DNA from: an uncultured Candidatus Saccharibacteria bacterium
GTDB taxonomy: Bacteria; Patescibacteriota; Doudnabacteria; UBA920
Direction: 5' to 3'
Assembly: GCA_964483665.1 (NCBI GenBank)
Contig: CAZACP010000004.1
Coordinates: 7,399 to 71,398 of the forward strand
Length of the DNA: 64,000 nucleotides
Part shown: in pieces, positions 44,221 to 53,285 of the stretch
How the letters are laid out: each line of letters begins with the position of its first letter
Position numbering within the stretch: the first letter of the stretch is position 1
The notes under the pieces: model-generated
What the model saw: only the letters and a program-made list of their open reading frames with translations
Databases searched by the model: none
What the model was told of the DNA's origin: nothing
Translations under genes and position numbers: made by a program

Positions 44221-45075
44221 TTATTGATGCTCGCTTGTTATTTGTCCTCGTAGAGTTCTTAGCTCGTCTAATGCTAATTTTGCCTGTTCTTTGTTTGGCG
44301 GGTTGCCGTGCCACTTATAGTCGTATTCCATAAAATCTACACCCTTGCCCGGTATTGTATGCGCAATTATTAAAGTCGGCTTTTCGTATATAGCTTTTGC
44401 TTCAAAACAGGCGTCTATAATTTGCTGGTGGTTGTGTCCATCTACTTCAAGCACATGCCAATTAAAGGCTTCATACTTTTGGCGTAGATTCTCCAAAGGC
44501 ATAACTTCTTCTGTATAACCGTCTATTTGAATATTGTTCCTGTCCATAATAGCGGTAATATTATGCAAGCGGTATTTGCCGGCAAACATAACCGCTTCCC
44601 AGGTTTGGCCTTCCTGCTGCTCTCCGTCAGACATAATTAAATACACTCTTTGGGATTTTTTCCTGTCCATAAGCAAACCGTAAGCCATGCCGCAGGCCTG
44701 GCTGGTGCCTTGAGCAAGCGGTCCGCTCGAAGTTTCAATGCCGGGCAAAGCTAAATTATGCGGATGTCCATGAAGCCTGGTGCCAAACTTTCGTAAAGTA
44801 AGCAGTTCTTCTTTTCTAAAATACCCCGCCTCGGCCAAAGTCGCGTACAAAACCGGATTTATATGGCCGCAGGAAAGTATGAGGCGGTCGCGAGTTTCCA
44901 TTTTAGGATCCCTCGGATCGTGTTCTAAAACATTAAAATAAAGGCAAGCAAAAACATCTGCCATACCTAAAGGACCCGCGCTATGTCCGCTTCCGGCTGC
45001 TAGCAGCATTTCTATTATGTCCTGGCGTATATCGTTTGATTTGTATTTTAGTTCGTTGACCGATAGTTTTTGCAT
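44221..45075 (-). CDS. tkt: Transketolase, N-terminal (TPP-binding) subunit
   Basis: GSGHSAGPLGMADV...GHP...DGEQQEG. Confidence 0.85.
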   Translation of the reverse strand: MQKLSVNELKYKSNDIRQDIIEMLLAAGSGHSAGPLGMADVFACLYFNVLEHDPRDPKMETRDRLILSCGHINPVLYATLAEAGYFRKEELLTLRKFGTRLHGHPHNLALPGIETSSGPLAQGTSQACGMAYGLLMDRKKSQRVYLIMSDGEQQEGQTWEAVMFAGKYRLHNITAIMDRNNIQIDGYTEEVMPLENLRQKYEAFNWHVLEVDGHNHQQIIDACFEAKAIYEKPTLIIAHTIPGKGVDFMEYDYKWHGNPPNKEQAKLALDELRTLRGQITSEHQ

Positions 45076-45091
45076 TTTGTTTTTGCGGTAT

Positions 45092-45131
45092 TTCCCTCCC
45101 CTCCTAAGGGGAGGGATTAAGGGAGAGGTTG
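45092..45131. repeat. Family A element (CCCTCCCCTCCTAAGGGGAGGG ATTAAGGGAGAGGTTG)
   Basis: Read directly from the sequence. Confidence 0.65.
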
Positions 45132-45135
45132 TATT

Positions 45136-45501
45136 TTAAAACCCGCATGCTTCTTTTATTTTACTTAAAACTCCTTGAATATTTGTGTCTATTTCATTAT
45201 TCCAAAATCTTAAAACTTTGTAGCCTATTTTTTCTGCGTACTGTTGTTTTCGCTTATCGTAAGCCGATATTTCTTGCTCGCTGTGCTGTCCTCCGTCTGC
45301 CTCCACTAAGAGCATTTTCTCTTTACAACTAAAATCATAAATATACTGTCCAATTTGCATTTGACGCTTAAATTTTAACCCATAAAACCTACCAGCTCTT
45401 AAATAATACCAAAGCTTGCTTTCCCAAGGAGTCTGATTTTTTCTTAGGCTTCGGGAATTGGTTAAATATGGCTCTGGTATAACTCTTTTGGCAGTATCCA
45501 T
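45136..45501 (-). CDS. DUF559 endonuclease-domain protein (Vsr-like fold)
   Basis: YGLKFKRQMQIGQYIYDFSCKEKMLLVEADGGQHS...YKVLRFWNNEI. Confidence 0.75.
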   Translation of the reverse strand: MDTAKRVIPEPYLTNSRSLRKNQTPWESKLWYYLRAGRFYGLKFKRQMQIGQYIYDFSCKEKMLLVEADGGQHSEQEISAYDKRKQQYAEKIGYKVLRFWNNEIDTNIQGVLSKIKEACGF

Positions 45502-45511
45502 ATGTTTTTAG

Positions 45512-45620
45512 TCTCTCCCCTTTTAAGGGGAGATGTCACGAGTGTATCCGAGTGACAAAGAGGTTGTATACTACATCTACTGCAACCTCTCCCTAACCCT
45601 CTCCTTAAAAGGAGAGGGTA
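45512..45620. repeat. Family A composite element (4 hairpins: CTCCCC/GGGGAG, GTCAC/GTGAC, GAGGTTG/CAACCTC, CCCTCTCC/GGAGAGGG)
   Basis: Same stem set as 63043-63138 in inverted orientation, but with different loops. Confidence 0.7.
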
Positions 45621-45645
45621 CCTGTAAAGATATCGTACGTTTCTT

Positions 45646-46284
45646 TCAATTTATCTCCTTCTGCAATTTTTCATACGCCACGTTTAAATTGTCCGCTTTT
45701 ACCAAAGCGCTGCCTACGCATATTAAATCCGCGCCGGCATCTTTTAGGCTTTTTATATTGCTTTCTCCTACTCCGCCGTCCACTTCTATTATAGCATGGG
45801 GCATAAGAGCGCGCAGTTGAGCTATTTTGTCTGGGGTGGATTCTATAAAAGCTTGTCCCTGTTTGCCCGGCACCACGCTCATAACTAAATATTGATCGGC
45901 AGTAATGTCTTTTAAGACATTTACTTCCGTATCCGGATTTATAGCCACACCGGTCTTAAAACCCATACTTTTTATTGAAGCAAGCGATTCTTTAAGTTCT
46001 TTTGCCGATGAAAAAGCCTCATAATGCACAATTAAAGTTTTAAACCCGCAAATTTGATAGTCTAAAAAGTCATTTGGCGCTTTTACCATTAAGTGTGCTT
46101 CCCATTCAAAGGCCGGGTTTAAAGTATCCATTTCTCCTGCTTCTAAAAGCTTATTTTCTATAAATTCCCCGTCCCCAAAATCTACCTGTATTTTACTCAG
46201 ACCGGGAATTTTACATACCAAATTCAGCCTTTCGTTAAAAGCTTCCTTAGTTTTTTCCAAAATTGCGGGAATTATAATAGCCAT
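45646..46284 (-). CDS. rpe: Ribulose-phosphate 3-epimerase
   Basis: SKIQVDFGDGEF...HLMV...IEVDGGV. Confidence 0.85.
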   Translation of the reverse strand: MAIIIPAILEKTKEAFNERLNLVCKIPGLSKIQVDFGDGEFIENKLLEAGEMDTLNPAFEWEAHLMVKAPNDFLDYQICGFKTLIVHYEAFSSAKELKESLASIKSMGFKTGVAINPDTEVNVLKDITADQYLVMSVVPGKQGQAFIESTPDKIAQLRALMPHAIIEVDGGVGESNIKSLKDAGADLICVGSALVKADNLNVAYEKLQKEIN

Positions 46285-46285
46285 A

Positions 46286-46516
46286 TTACTTTTGTCCTAA
46301 AAAATATTGACGTGCTTTTTTGTATGTGTGGGGGTACAAATTATAGCGCGGATGATTACTAAAATTTGAATCTTTTTGGATTGTGCGAACATTTTCCAAA
46401 ACAAATAGTCTTTTAACAACTTCTTCCCATATCTTATCAGCAATAACTTCTTGCTTACCAGACTCCACGTGTAGGGCATCAAAAAATTCTTTCCTAATTC
46501 TTTTAATTTCGTTCAT
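46286..46516 (-). CDS. Hypothetical 76-aa protein
   Basis: Its start overlaps the upstream nucleotidyltransferase stop (ATGA). Confidence 0.35.
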   Translation of the reverse strand: MNEIKRIRKEFFDALHVESGKQEVIADKIWEEVVKRLFVLENVRTIQKDSNFSNHPRYNLYPHTYKKARQYFLGQK

Positions 46517-47028
46517 ATCCCAATATAGGGCAAAAACAACCTAACATATCCATCCAAAATTATAGTCCTTAAATCATCATCTCTCTTATCGGTTAAATTT
46601 TTAGACAAATCAGACATATCCCTGGATAAACGCGCGCCATCATATACTGAAAACTTAACTTCGGGATAACTATAGTCTTTACCAAAAACAATATTTTTTT
46701 TATCAGAGAATTCTTCAAACGCCCTGTTGACCGGAGTAAGTGAATCACTAATATCAGAATACTGTTTTTTTCCTTCGTCAAATAATAAATTTAAATCCCA
46801 GTCACTATCAGGTTTAGCATAGCCTTTAATCTGAGAACCAAGGAACCCTACCCCAATAAATTCAGGGTATAACCTGTGCTGTTCTGTGAAGAGTTCCCTA
46901 ATTGCATCGCGAACATCTTTTCCTTCTTTTACTAAACGAAAACGGTGCCCCAACAATTTTTCTTGAGTAAAATGCCCCAGCTCTCTAGTTATTTTTTCAT
47001 TCTCAACCTTTTCAAAACCCTTATTCAT
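46513..47028 (-). CDS. Nucleotidyltransferase-fold protein
   Basis: GVGFLGSQIKGYAKPDSDWDLNLLF (GS...DxD pol-beta-like motif). Confidence 0.5.
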   Translation of the reverse strand: MNKGFEKVENEKITRELGHFTQEKLLGHRFRLVKEGKDVRDAIRELFTEQHRLYPEFIGVGFLGSQIKGYAKPDSDWDLNLLFDEGKKQYSDISDSLTPVNRAFEEFSDKKNIVFGKDYSYPEVKFSVYDGARLSRDMSDLSKNLTDKRDDDLRTIILDGYVRLFLPYIGI

Positions 47029-47467
47029 TTTCTAAATTATTAATTTTTTTTACTCTCCGCTCATGCCTTCCACCTTCAAATTCAGTATTTAAAAATAAAT
47101 CTATTGCTTTTTTTGCTTCTTCAAAACTTAAAAATTTAGCGCCCAAGGCAAGTACATTTGCGTTATTATGTTTGCGCGCAAGCAAAATAATTTCTTCGTG
47201 GCCACCATAATAATGTGCGGCCCTAACGCCCTTTGCCTTGTTAGCAACTATACCTTCCCCGTTTCCTGACATACCCAAAACTATACCCATACTTCCCGGA
47301 TTCTTGCCTACCTTTTCTGCTGCTAGATAACAAAAATCCGGATAATCATCGTCTTTATCAAAAACAAACGCTCCACAATCTTCAACTTCCAAACTTTTTG
47401 ATTTTAAATATTCAATAATTTGGTTTTTAAGTTCAAACCCTGCGTGGTCAGATGCGATAAATATCAT
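47021..47467 (-). CDS. rpiB: Ribose-5-phosphate isomerase B
   Basis: MIFIASDHAGFELK...GIVLGMSGNGEGIVANK. Confidence 0.85.
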   Translation of the reverse strand: MIFIASDHAGFELKNQIIEYLKSKSLEVEDCGAFVFDKDDDYPDFCYLAAEKVGKNPGSMGIVLGMSGNGEGIVANKAKGVRAAHYYGGHEEIILLARKHNNANVLALGAKFLSFEEAKKAIDLFLNTEFEGGRHERRVKKINNLENE

Positions 47468-47578
47468 ATGTAGCGCTGATTGGCGCGGAACTTTACGCGA
47501 GACAACGCGGAAAGAACTGCGTGTTAATTTTATATTTTCTTAAAAAGGATCCTTCGCTTCGCTCAGGACGACATGTTA

Positions 47579-48262
47579 TCACATGTCGATTATTTCGTTA
47601 AAGTAACTAGGGATCAAACTGGCACCGCCAACCAAAAGCCCGTCTACATTTCTTTGTTCCAAAAATCCTTTGGCATTTGTAGGACTTACGCTGCCACCAT
47701 ATAAAACTTTTTTTACACCATAACGATTTTTTATAAAAAGGCCAATTGTCTCTGCGTGTTCAGGGCTAGCCACTTTGCCTGTGCCAATTGCCCAAACCGG
47801 CTCATAAGCGACCACAACTTTAGAAACTTCTATTCCTTTTAAATCCGTATCTAGTTGCTGTTTTATTACATCGGTTACTTCTAAATCGTCCTGCTCAACT
47901 TTTGTTCCAAAACCAACGCATACTACCGGCGTAATCGCATTGGCCAACGCCGCCTTCGTTTTGGCATTTATCATTTCGTCAGTTTCGCCGGTCGCTCTTT
48001 TCTCGCTATGACCTATTATGCTGTATTTAATTTTCAAAGACTTTAATTGTAAAGGGGAAACTTGTCCGGTAAAAGCACCCTTCTCCTCCCAAAAACAGTC
48101 TTGGGAACCTAAGTTAGGATATTGGATATTAGATACGTAGATGGTAGGCGGGCACAAAACCACGGTATTTTTTTTTGTGCGGGATATAGCAGCCGCAAGC
48201 TTCTGCGCTTCCTTTAAAGTGGTTGGGTTTAATTTCCAGTTGGCGATAATTAGTTTTTTCAT
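47579..48262 (-). CDS. tpiA: Triosephosphate isomerase
   Basis: IIANWKLN...IGHSEKR...GGSV. Confidence 0.9.
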   Translation of the reverse strand: MKKLIIANWKLNPTTLKEAQKLAAAISRTKKNTVVLCPPTIYVSNIQYPNLGSQDCFWEEKGAFTGQVSPLQLKSLKIKYSIIGHSEKRATGETDEMINAKTKAALANAITPVVCVGFGTKVEQDDLEVTDVIKQQLDTDLKGIEVSKVVVAYEPVWAIGTGKVASPEHAETIGLFIKNRYGVKKVLYGGSVSPTNAKGFLEQRNVDGLLVGGASLIPSYFNEIIDM

Positions 48263-48269
48263 AAAAAAT

Positions 48270-49283
48270 TTATGTATTGCTTTTTAAAAACTTTGCAGTA
48301 ACTTCCGGCGGGATCGGGTTTACAGGTATGCCGGTGGCAAATTCAAACCCTGCCCACATTGTAATTCTAGGAAAAATTGTTAAGTGCCAGCGATATGCTT
48401 TTTCATTGTAAGTTTTGCTTTCACGCCTAAGCGGCATATTGTGAATATAAAAATTTAGGGGCGGGTCGGAAAGCTTAGTGTATAGCTGGCCTAAAGTAAC
48501 TTTTAACACAAAAGACAAGTGCTTTATTTCGTCTTCCGTCATTTCCTCAAAACGAGCAGACTGGCGTTTTGGAATAATCCAAGTTTCAAAAGGCTGGCGG
48601 GAGGCGTATGCGGACAAAACCACAAAATGATCGCTCTCATACAAAATTCTGTCTTTTACTTTTAACTCCTCTTTCAACATATCGCCGTAAATGTCCGTGC
48701 CATGAACGCCAAAATAATGCTGGCAACCCACAATTTCGTTATGAATGTGCGAAGGTACTATAGGAGTTGCCATTAATTGGTAATGCGGGTGGATTATGCT
48801 TGCTCCGGCATCACGCCCGTGGTTGTGGAATATTTGAATGTACGCCAGCTCCTTATGTTTGTCCAGTTCGTTTATTCTTCTGACAAAAACTTTTAAAGTG
48901 CTCTCAACTAAGCCTATGGACTGCAAAGAAACAGGCTCGTTGTGCTTTCTGGTAATAATTACTTCGTGGTCGCCGTCTCCCGAATGAGAAACATAAAATT
49001 CTTTATGGCTGTAGCTGGCTGAATGTTCTAAACTGGCAAATTTGTTTGGAATGATTCTTATATCCCAGTCAGGACTGTTCTTTTCTATCAGTTTACCATA
49101 ATAATCAAACCTCTCTATTTCCGGGTTTAAATTTTCGTTGCCCGGACAAAACACGCATTTTTCGTCATGCTCCGGCACGCCGTGCATAACGCTGTAGGTC
49201 TTGTACTCATCCGGCCGTTTGTTCCGCCCCGGAGCTACAAGTACCCAAGACTTTGTTATGGGATTTTGTCGAAACTCACTCAT
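48270..49283 (-). CDS. galT: Galactose-1-phosphate uridylyltransferase-family (HIT-like) protein
   Basis: Zinc-knuckle CVFCPGNE and HIT-like HPHYQL. Confidence 0.7.
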   Translation of the reverse strand: MSEFRQNPITKSWVLVAPGRNKRPDEYKTYSVMHGVPEHDEKCVFCPGNENLNPEIERFDYYGKLIEKNSPDWDIRIIPNKFASLEHSASYSHKEFYVSHSGDGDHEVIITRKHNEPVSLQSIGLVESTLKVFVRRINELDKHKELAYIQIFHNHGRDAGASIIHPHYQLMATPIVPSHIHNEIVGCQHYFGVHGTDIYGDMLKEELKVKDRILYESDHFVVLSAYASRQPFETWIIPKRQSARFEEMTEDEIKHLSFVLKVTLGQLYTKLSDPPLNFYIHNMPLRRESKTYNEKAYRWHLTIFPRITMWAGFEFATGIPVNPIPPEVTAKFLKSNT

Positions 49284-49371
49284 AAAACTTAACAGTGGTT
49301 GGATTAAATTTACTTATTATTGACAATCTACCGACAAAATTATTAATATAAAATCTGAAAAGAGGGCTCAA

Positions 49372-49473
49372 ATGGATCAAGGTACCGGTTTTGTGTTGTT
49401 TTTGCTGATCGTTTTTGTTGTCGGAGCTTTCTACCTCGGGGGCACTGACGACGGGAGTTGTGACAGAGATTAG
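49372..49473 (+). CDS. Putative 33-aa hydrophobic peptide (MDQGTGFVLFLLIVFVVGAFYLGGTDDGSCDRD)
   Basis: RBS agaggg 8 nt upstream, a single TM segment, and a terminator immediately after. It is too short to appear in the ORF track. Confidence 0.3.
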   Translation: MDQGTGFVLFLLIVFVVGAFYLGGTDDGSCDRD

Positions 49474-49480
49474 CTTCCTG

Positions 49481-49520
49481 GGCTCGGGCGGTTCAAAACT
49501 GCCCGAGTTCTATTGTTTTT
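49481..49520 (+). terminator. Rho-independent terminator
   Basis: ggctcgggc-ggttcaaaact-gcccgag followed by ttctattgttttt. Confidence 0.5.
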
Positions 49521-49589
49521 ACTCCACCCCCGAACTATGCATTATATTGGAATTATAAATTTAAAACCATAATTCCTAATTCCAGACCG

Positions 49590-49973
49590 CTAATTCTTTT
49601 TCTTATCTAAATAATTTTGTAAAAGTATTTGCGCGGCAAGGCTGTCTAAATCTTTTTTACTTCCGCTTATATTTTTTGCCATAACAGATGTTAATCGCTC
49701 GTCTATAGTTTCTACCGGCAAACCTGTCTTTTTTGTAATTTGCAATTTGAAACCGGAAATTTCTTCCGTCTTTTTTGTCATTTCCCCGCTCATATTTAGC
49801 GGCCAGCCCAAAACAATTTGGGTAATTTGATGTTCCTCGATAACTCCCGTAATTTTCTCCCAAAATTCCTTTGGCGACAAAATAGTTAACTCCCGCGCAA
49901 AAGTTTTTGTCTCATCAGAAATTGCCAAACCAATCCTCTTTGAGCCATAGTCGATCCCTAGGATTTTAGACAT
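49590..49973 (-). CDS. ruvX: Holliday-junction resolvase-like protein RuvX/YqgF
   Basis: ILGIDYGSKRIGLAISD... Confidence 0.85.
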   Translation of the reverse strand: MSKILGIDYGSKRIGLAISDETKTFARELTILSPKEFWEKITGVIEEHQITQIVLGWPLNMSGEMTKKTEEISGFKLQITKKTGLPVETIDERLTSVMAKNISGSKKDLDSLAAQILLQNYLDKKKN

Positions 49974-50025
49974 TAGAAATTAGAATTAGAAATTATTTAG
50001 TATAATTAGGTTAATTAGAATAATT

Positions 50026-51300
50026 TTATTTGCTATCCTCAAGCCTCACCTTAACCGTCTTCTCATCCCCTTTATGATAAATTTTTAAACTGACTTCGTC
50101 GCCGGTGTTAAAATTCTTAAGAAGCTTGGCTAAAGTATTTTCACCTTCAACCTTCTGTCCTTCTACCTCTAAAATTATGTCATTCTCACCCAAACCCGCC
50201 TTGTCAGCCGGGCTGCCGGGTAAAACAGCAAAATCCGTAACTTTTTCACCCCTTACTATTAAAGCGCCAAAATTCTTAGGTAGTTTTTGAGAGTCCGCAA
50301 GCGCCTGGTTTATCATTATATACCTGACCCCAAGCATAGGACGGCTAATTTTGCCGTTTTTTTGAAAGCTGGCTAAATCTTTTTGCGCGTCGTTAGAAGG
50401 TATGGCAAATCCGACAAGCTGACCCTGCATATCTACCGCGGTATTAATTCCAACCACTTGGCCTTCCAAATTTAATAGCGGTCCTCCGCTGTTGCCCGGG
50501 TTTATGGCTGCGTCAGTTTGAATAACCCCTTCAAGGCTTTCTGAGCCGCCCGTTCCGCCCGCTGTTATGCTACGCCCTATTCCGCTTACAATTCCGCTGG
50601 TAACGGAATTCTGGTATTCGCCCAGCGCGTTGCCTATAGCAATAACGTACTGGCCGACCTGCAATTTTGAAGAGTCTGCCAATTGTAAAAAAGGCGCGTT
50701 GCTTATTTCTATTTTTACTATGGCTAAATCATTAAGCGGGTCTCTCGCCAGTACTTTTGCATCGTATTTTTTTCCGTCATTGGTTAAAACAGTATAGCTG
50801 GCTGACGTGTCGTCGACCACATGCTTGTTGGTTAAAATAAGCCCGTCTGCTGAAACTAAAAACCCGCTACCCGCGCCGACTTGCTGAATATCCGGACCAC
50901 CGGAATTACCGGCGGATGGAAACCCAAAAAATGGGGAAAAAAAGTCATCGCCAAAAGGACTAATGCCATAACCGGGAAGTTTACTTAAGTCTTTACTGAC
51001 CACGATTGAAACCACGGCAGGACGGGATTTTTTTACAACGTCAATTATTACTGAATCTTCTGCTAGAGTAATTTTTTTACTGCTTAAAATTCCAGGCTTA
51101 TTTGAAGTGTTTAAACTGCCGTTTTTTAACAAATAAGAAGTAGCCGCGCTGCCTCCCAGTGCCCCAAAAACTAAGCTTAAAACTATTACCGCTATAAACA
51201 GCGAGCTGTGGTGCTTAGGTTCTAAATTATCTGATTGAAGAGCCGGATGAGGCGGTTCTTTTAATTCTCCTAATGGTTTATTTTCCTTTGTATTCTCCAT
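50026..51300 (-). CDS. htrA: HtrA/DegP-family serine protease with PDZ domain
   Basis: N-terminal TM helix, then GSGFLVSADGLILTNKHVV, GNSGGPL and a C-terminal PDZ domain. Confidence 0.85.
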   Translation of the reverse strand: MENTKENKPLGELKEPPHPALQSDNLEPKHHSSLFIAVIVLSLVFGALGGSAATSYLLKNGSLNTSNKPGILSSKKITLAEDSVIIDVVKKSRPAVVSIVVSKDLSKLPGYGISPFGDDFFSPFFGFPSAGNSGGPDIQQVGAGSGFLVSADGLILTNKHVVDDTSASYTVLTNDGKKYDAKVLARDPLNDLAIVKIEISNAPFLQLADSSKLQVGQYVIAIGNALGEYQNSVTSGIVSGIGRSITAGGTGGSESLEGVIQTDAAINPGNSGGPLLNLEGQVVGINTAVDMQGQLVGFAIPSNDAQKDLASFQKNGKISRPMLGVRYIMINQALADSQKLPKNFGALIVRGEKVTDFAVLPGSPADKAGLGENDIILEVEGQKVEGENTLAKLLKNFNTGDEVSLKIYHKGDEKTVKVRLEDSK

Positions 51301-51380
51301 ATTTTTTTAAATTTAATTGTTGTATTTTCTAATACAACATTCTATTCCCTGTATTTCAAAATTTCATATATTATAACACA

Positions 51381-51410
51381 AAAAACCGCCTTTTTAAAGC
51401 GGTTTTTAAG
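51381..51410. terminator. Bidirectional terminator hairpin
   Basis: aaaaaaccgcc-tttttaaa-gcggttttt. Confidence 0.5.
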
Positions 51411-51421
51411 GATTTGTATTT

Positions 51422-53086
51422 TTAGCGTGGCAAACACGACACATCGGAAGGATTTTGCTGGCAATAAACTTCGTCTACAGTCGGAGGAGGAGGTGGTTGT
51501 ATATATTGCGTCTGATCTAAAGCTAAAATTGGCTGAATTTGAGCAACCGCAACGCAAGTTGCCTGCTCTTTAAGAACCCCAACACCTCCGGCGGGCCCGC
51601 CGGTTACGCCTTTAAATACAAAGTTATTTATTAAAGTTTGGGTTAACTGCGAAACAAAGCCGCTAATCATGCCTTCCGCGTTCTGAGCGCCAAGTTGTAA
51701 AAGAGCTGAAAAACTTGCCCGCTGCGCGCTTACTATGCTGCCCACCGACTTTGCCAAACCACTCTTAGCGGTATCGCGCGCTGCCTTAAGACCCTCGCTG
51801 CTTAACTCTCTGTCTGCATTTTTCTCTGCTTCACTTTTTGCCTGGTCGGCAATATCCTGATAATAAACCTGCCAACCTGTTGGGGAAGCCATAAAATCAC
51901 CCACTTTTGCCATTTTGGAATAGTAGTCAGGGTCGTTAGGGCTAATATTTTCAGGGGTAAAACCCAAATAGTCTTTTGCTTTAGCTTCAAAAACAGGCCT
52001 TAAATCTGCGGTATTTCTTCCACAGGAAAGCTGCGGTATAAACCGCTTTATAATTTGCCTGTCGGACTGCAATTGAACATACTTATTTAAGTAGTCGTCG
52101 GTGTATTGCCCGGCAACAAGCGCATCCGAGTAGTACAAAAAATTGGCGATCATATAATTACTCTCAATTTTGGCAATGAGCTTATTTAGCATTGTTCCCA
52201 TAAAAGAAACAAATGCGCTACGCAGACCTTCTTTTATAGCGTCCATAATAATTCTTGGTATATCACCCACTGTAATAGTTACGTCGCCGATTCCTAAAAA
52301 CGCATGCGCGGTTTTTACAAAGGGAATTTTTGACCTCTGGGAAGCGGCAAAATTTTTGGGCAAGCTAATACTTGCTATTTTATATTTGCCTGTCAGCTTA
52401 GTTAACTCGCTTGAATAATTCTTTGTGGCTTCGTTTATTGCGGTGTAATTTTGGTAGACATTTGGCCAAAGCTCGTCATTTTTTGTGTAATCCGAGGCGT
52501 CGTAATTTTCCGATACGTTTAAAAGCCTGCCGTAACTTTCTACGGCTAACACTATGTCTTTATGCAGACTTTCCGCTTCCTTTGGAACCAAAACAGCTAA
52601 AAGTTGGTCTTTGTAATTACTATAAAACTCCTGCGCTTTTTTAAGGCTATCTTTGTCACCGGTAAATAAAGTCGTCTGAAACTGAGCTGATTTGTTGTTA
52701 AAATCTATTGCCTGACCCACAGTTTCACTCAAGTATTTTTCCACCGCCGGTTTACCTGAGTCCTCCGAAATTTTTATACTGCCTTCGGTTATTTGGGTAA
52801 GTTGTAACGGCTGGTTGGATTTTAAAGCATTTTCAACTTCCTGTTTTATTTCCTGGTCAGTAATAATAGTCTGAAATAAATCTTTACTCGCCGCTTTGTC
52901 TATGGGAAGGCTGTTTACGTAAGCTAAATATTTTCTTGCAAGTTCTACATCGGTATTATTTTGAGTGTATTTTTTTTCGTCGGTAAATTTAAAAGACGTG
53001 CGGTTCCAGAAAGAAACGCCGATTAAAGAAAGTATTAACACAATTACTATTCCAAAATATTGTTTTTGTTCTTTTGTTTCTAGCAC
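51422..53086 (-). CDS. Hypothetical large membrane-anchored extracytoplasmic protein
   Basis: 554 aa with an N-terminal TM helix, no motif I recognise, and a C-terminal PPPPPT...C...C. Confidence 0.45.
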   Translation of the reverse strand: MLETKEQKQYFGIVIVLILSLIGVSFWNRTSFKFTDEKKYTQNNTDVELARKYLAYVNSLPIDKAASKDLFQTIITDQEIKQEVENALKSNQPLQLTQITEGSIKISEDSGKPAVEKYLSETVGQAIDFNNKSAQFQTTLFTGDKDSLKKAQEFYSNYKDQLLAVLVPKEAESLHKDIVLAVESYGRLLNVSENYDASDYTKNDELWPNVYQNYTAINEATKNYSSELTKLTGKYKIASISLPKNFAASQRSKIPFVKTAHAFLGIGDVTITVGDIPRIIMDAIKEGLRSAFVSFMGTMLNKLIAKIESNYMIANFLYYSDALVAGQYTDDYLNKYVQLQSDRQIIKRFIPQLSCGRNTADLRPVFEAKAKDYLGFTPENISPNDPDYYSKMAKVGDFMASPTGWQVYYQDIADQAKSEAEKNADRELSSEGLKAARDTAKSGLAKSVGSIVSAQRASFSALLQLGAQNAEGMISGFVSQLTQTLINNFVFKGVTGGPAGGVGVLKEQATCVAVAQIQPILALDQTQYIQPPPPPTVDEVYCQQNPSDVSCLPR

Positions 53087-53237
53087 AGTTTAATTGACAA
53101 GATTTACCTGCCCGCCAAAATTAATGTTTAGAATAAAAACAAAACAGATATTTATCAACAAAAAGCTAGTCGTTGGCAGGCGGGAAAGATTGAACAATAT
53201 TGACAAAAATAACACCGAACTATGCCTTTAGTGTATT

Positions 53238-53285
53238 TCATTTTTGTCATTTTTGTCAATTATTTAATTTTTGTCATTGGTTTTA
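53238..53285. repeat. Family G tandem TTTTGTCATT motifs
   Basis: tcatttttgtcatttttgtcaattatttaatttttgtcatt. Confidence 0.5.
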
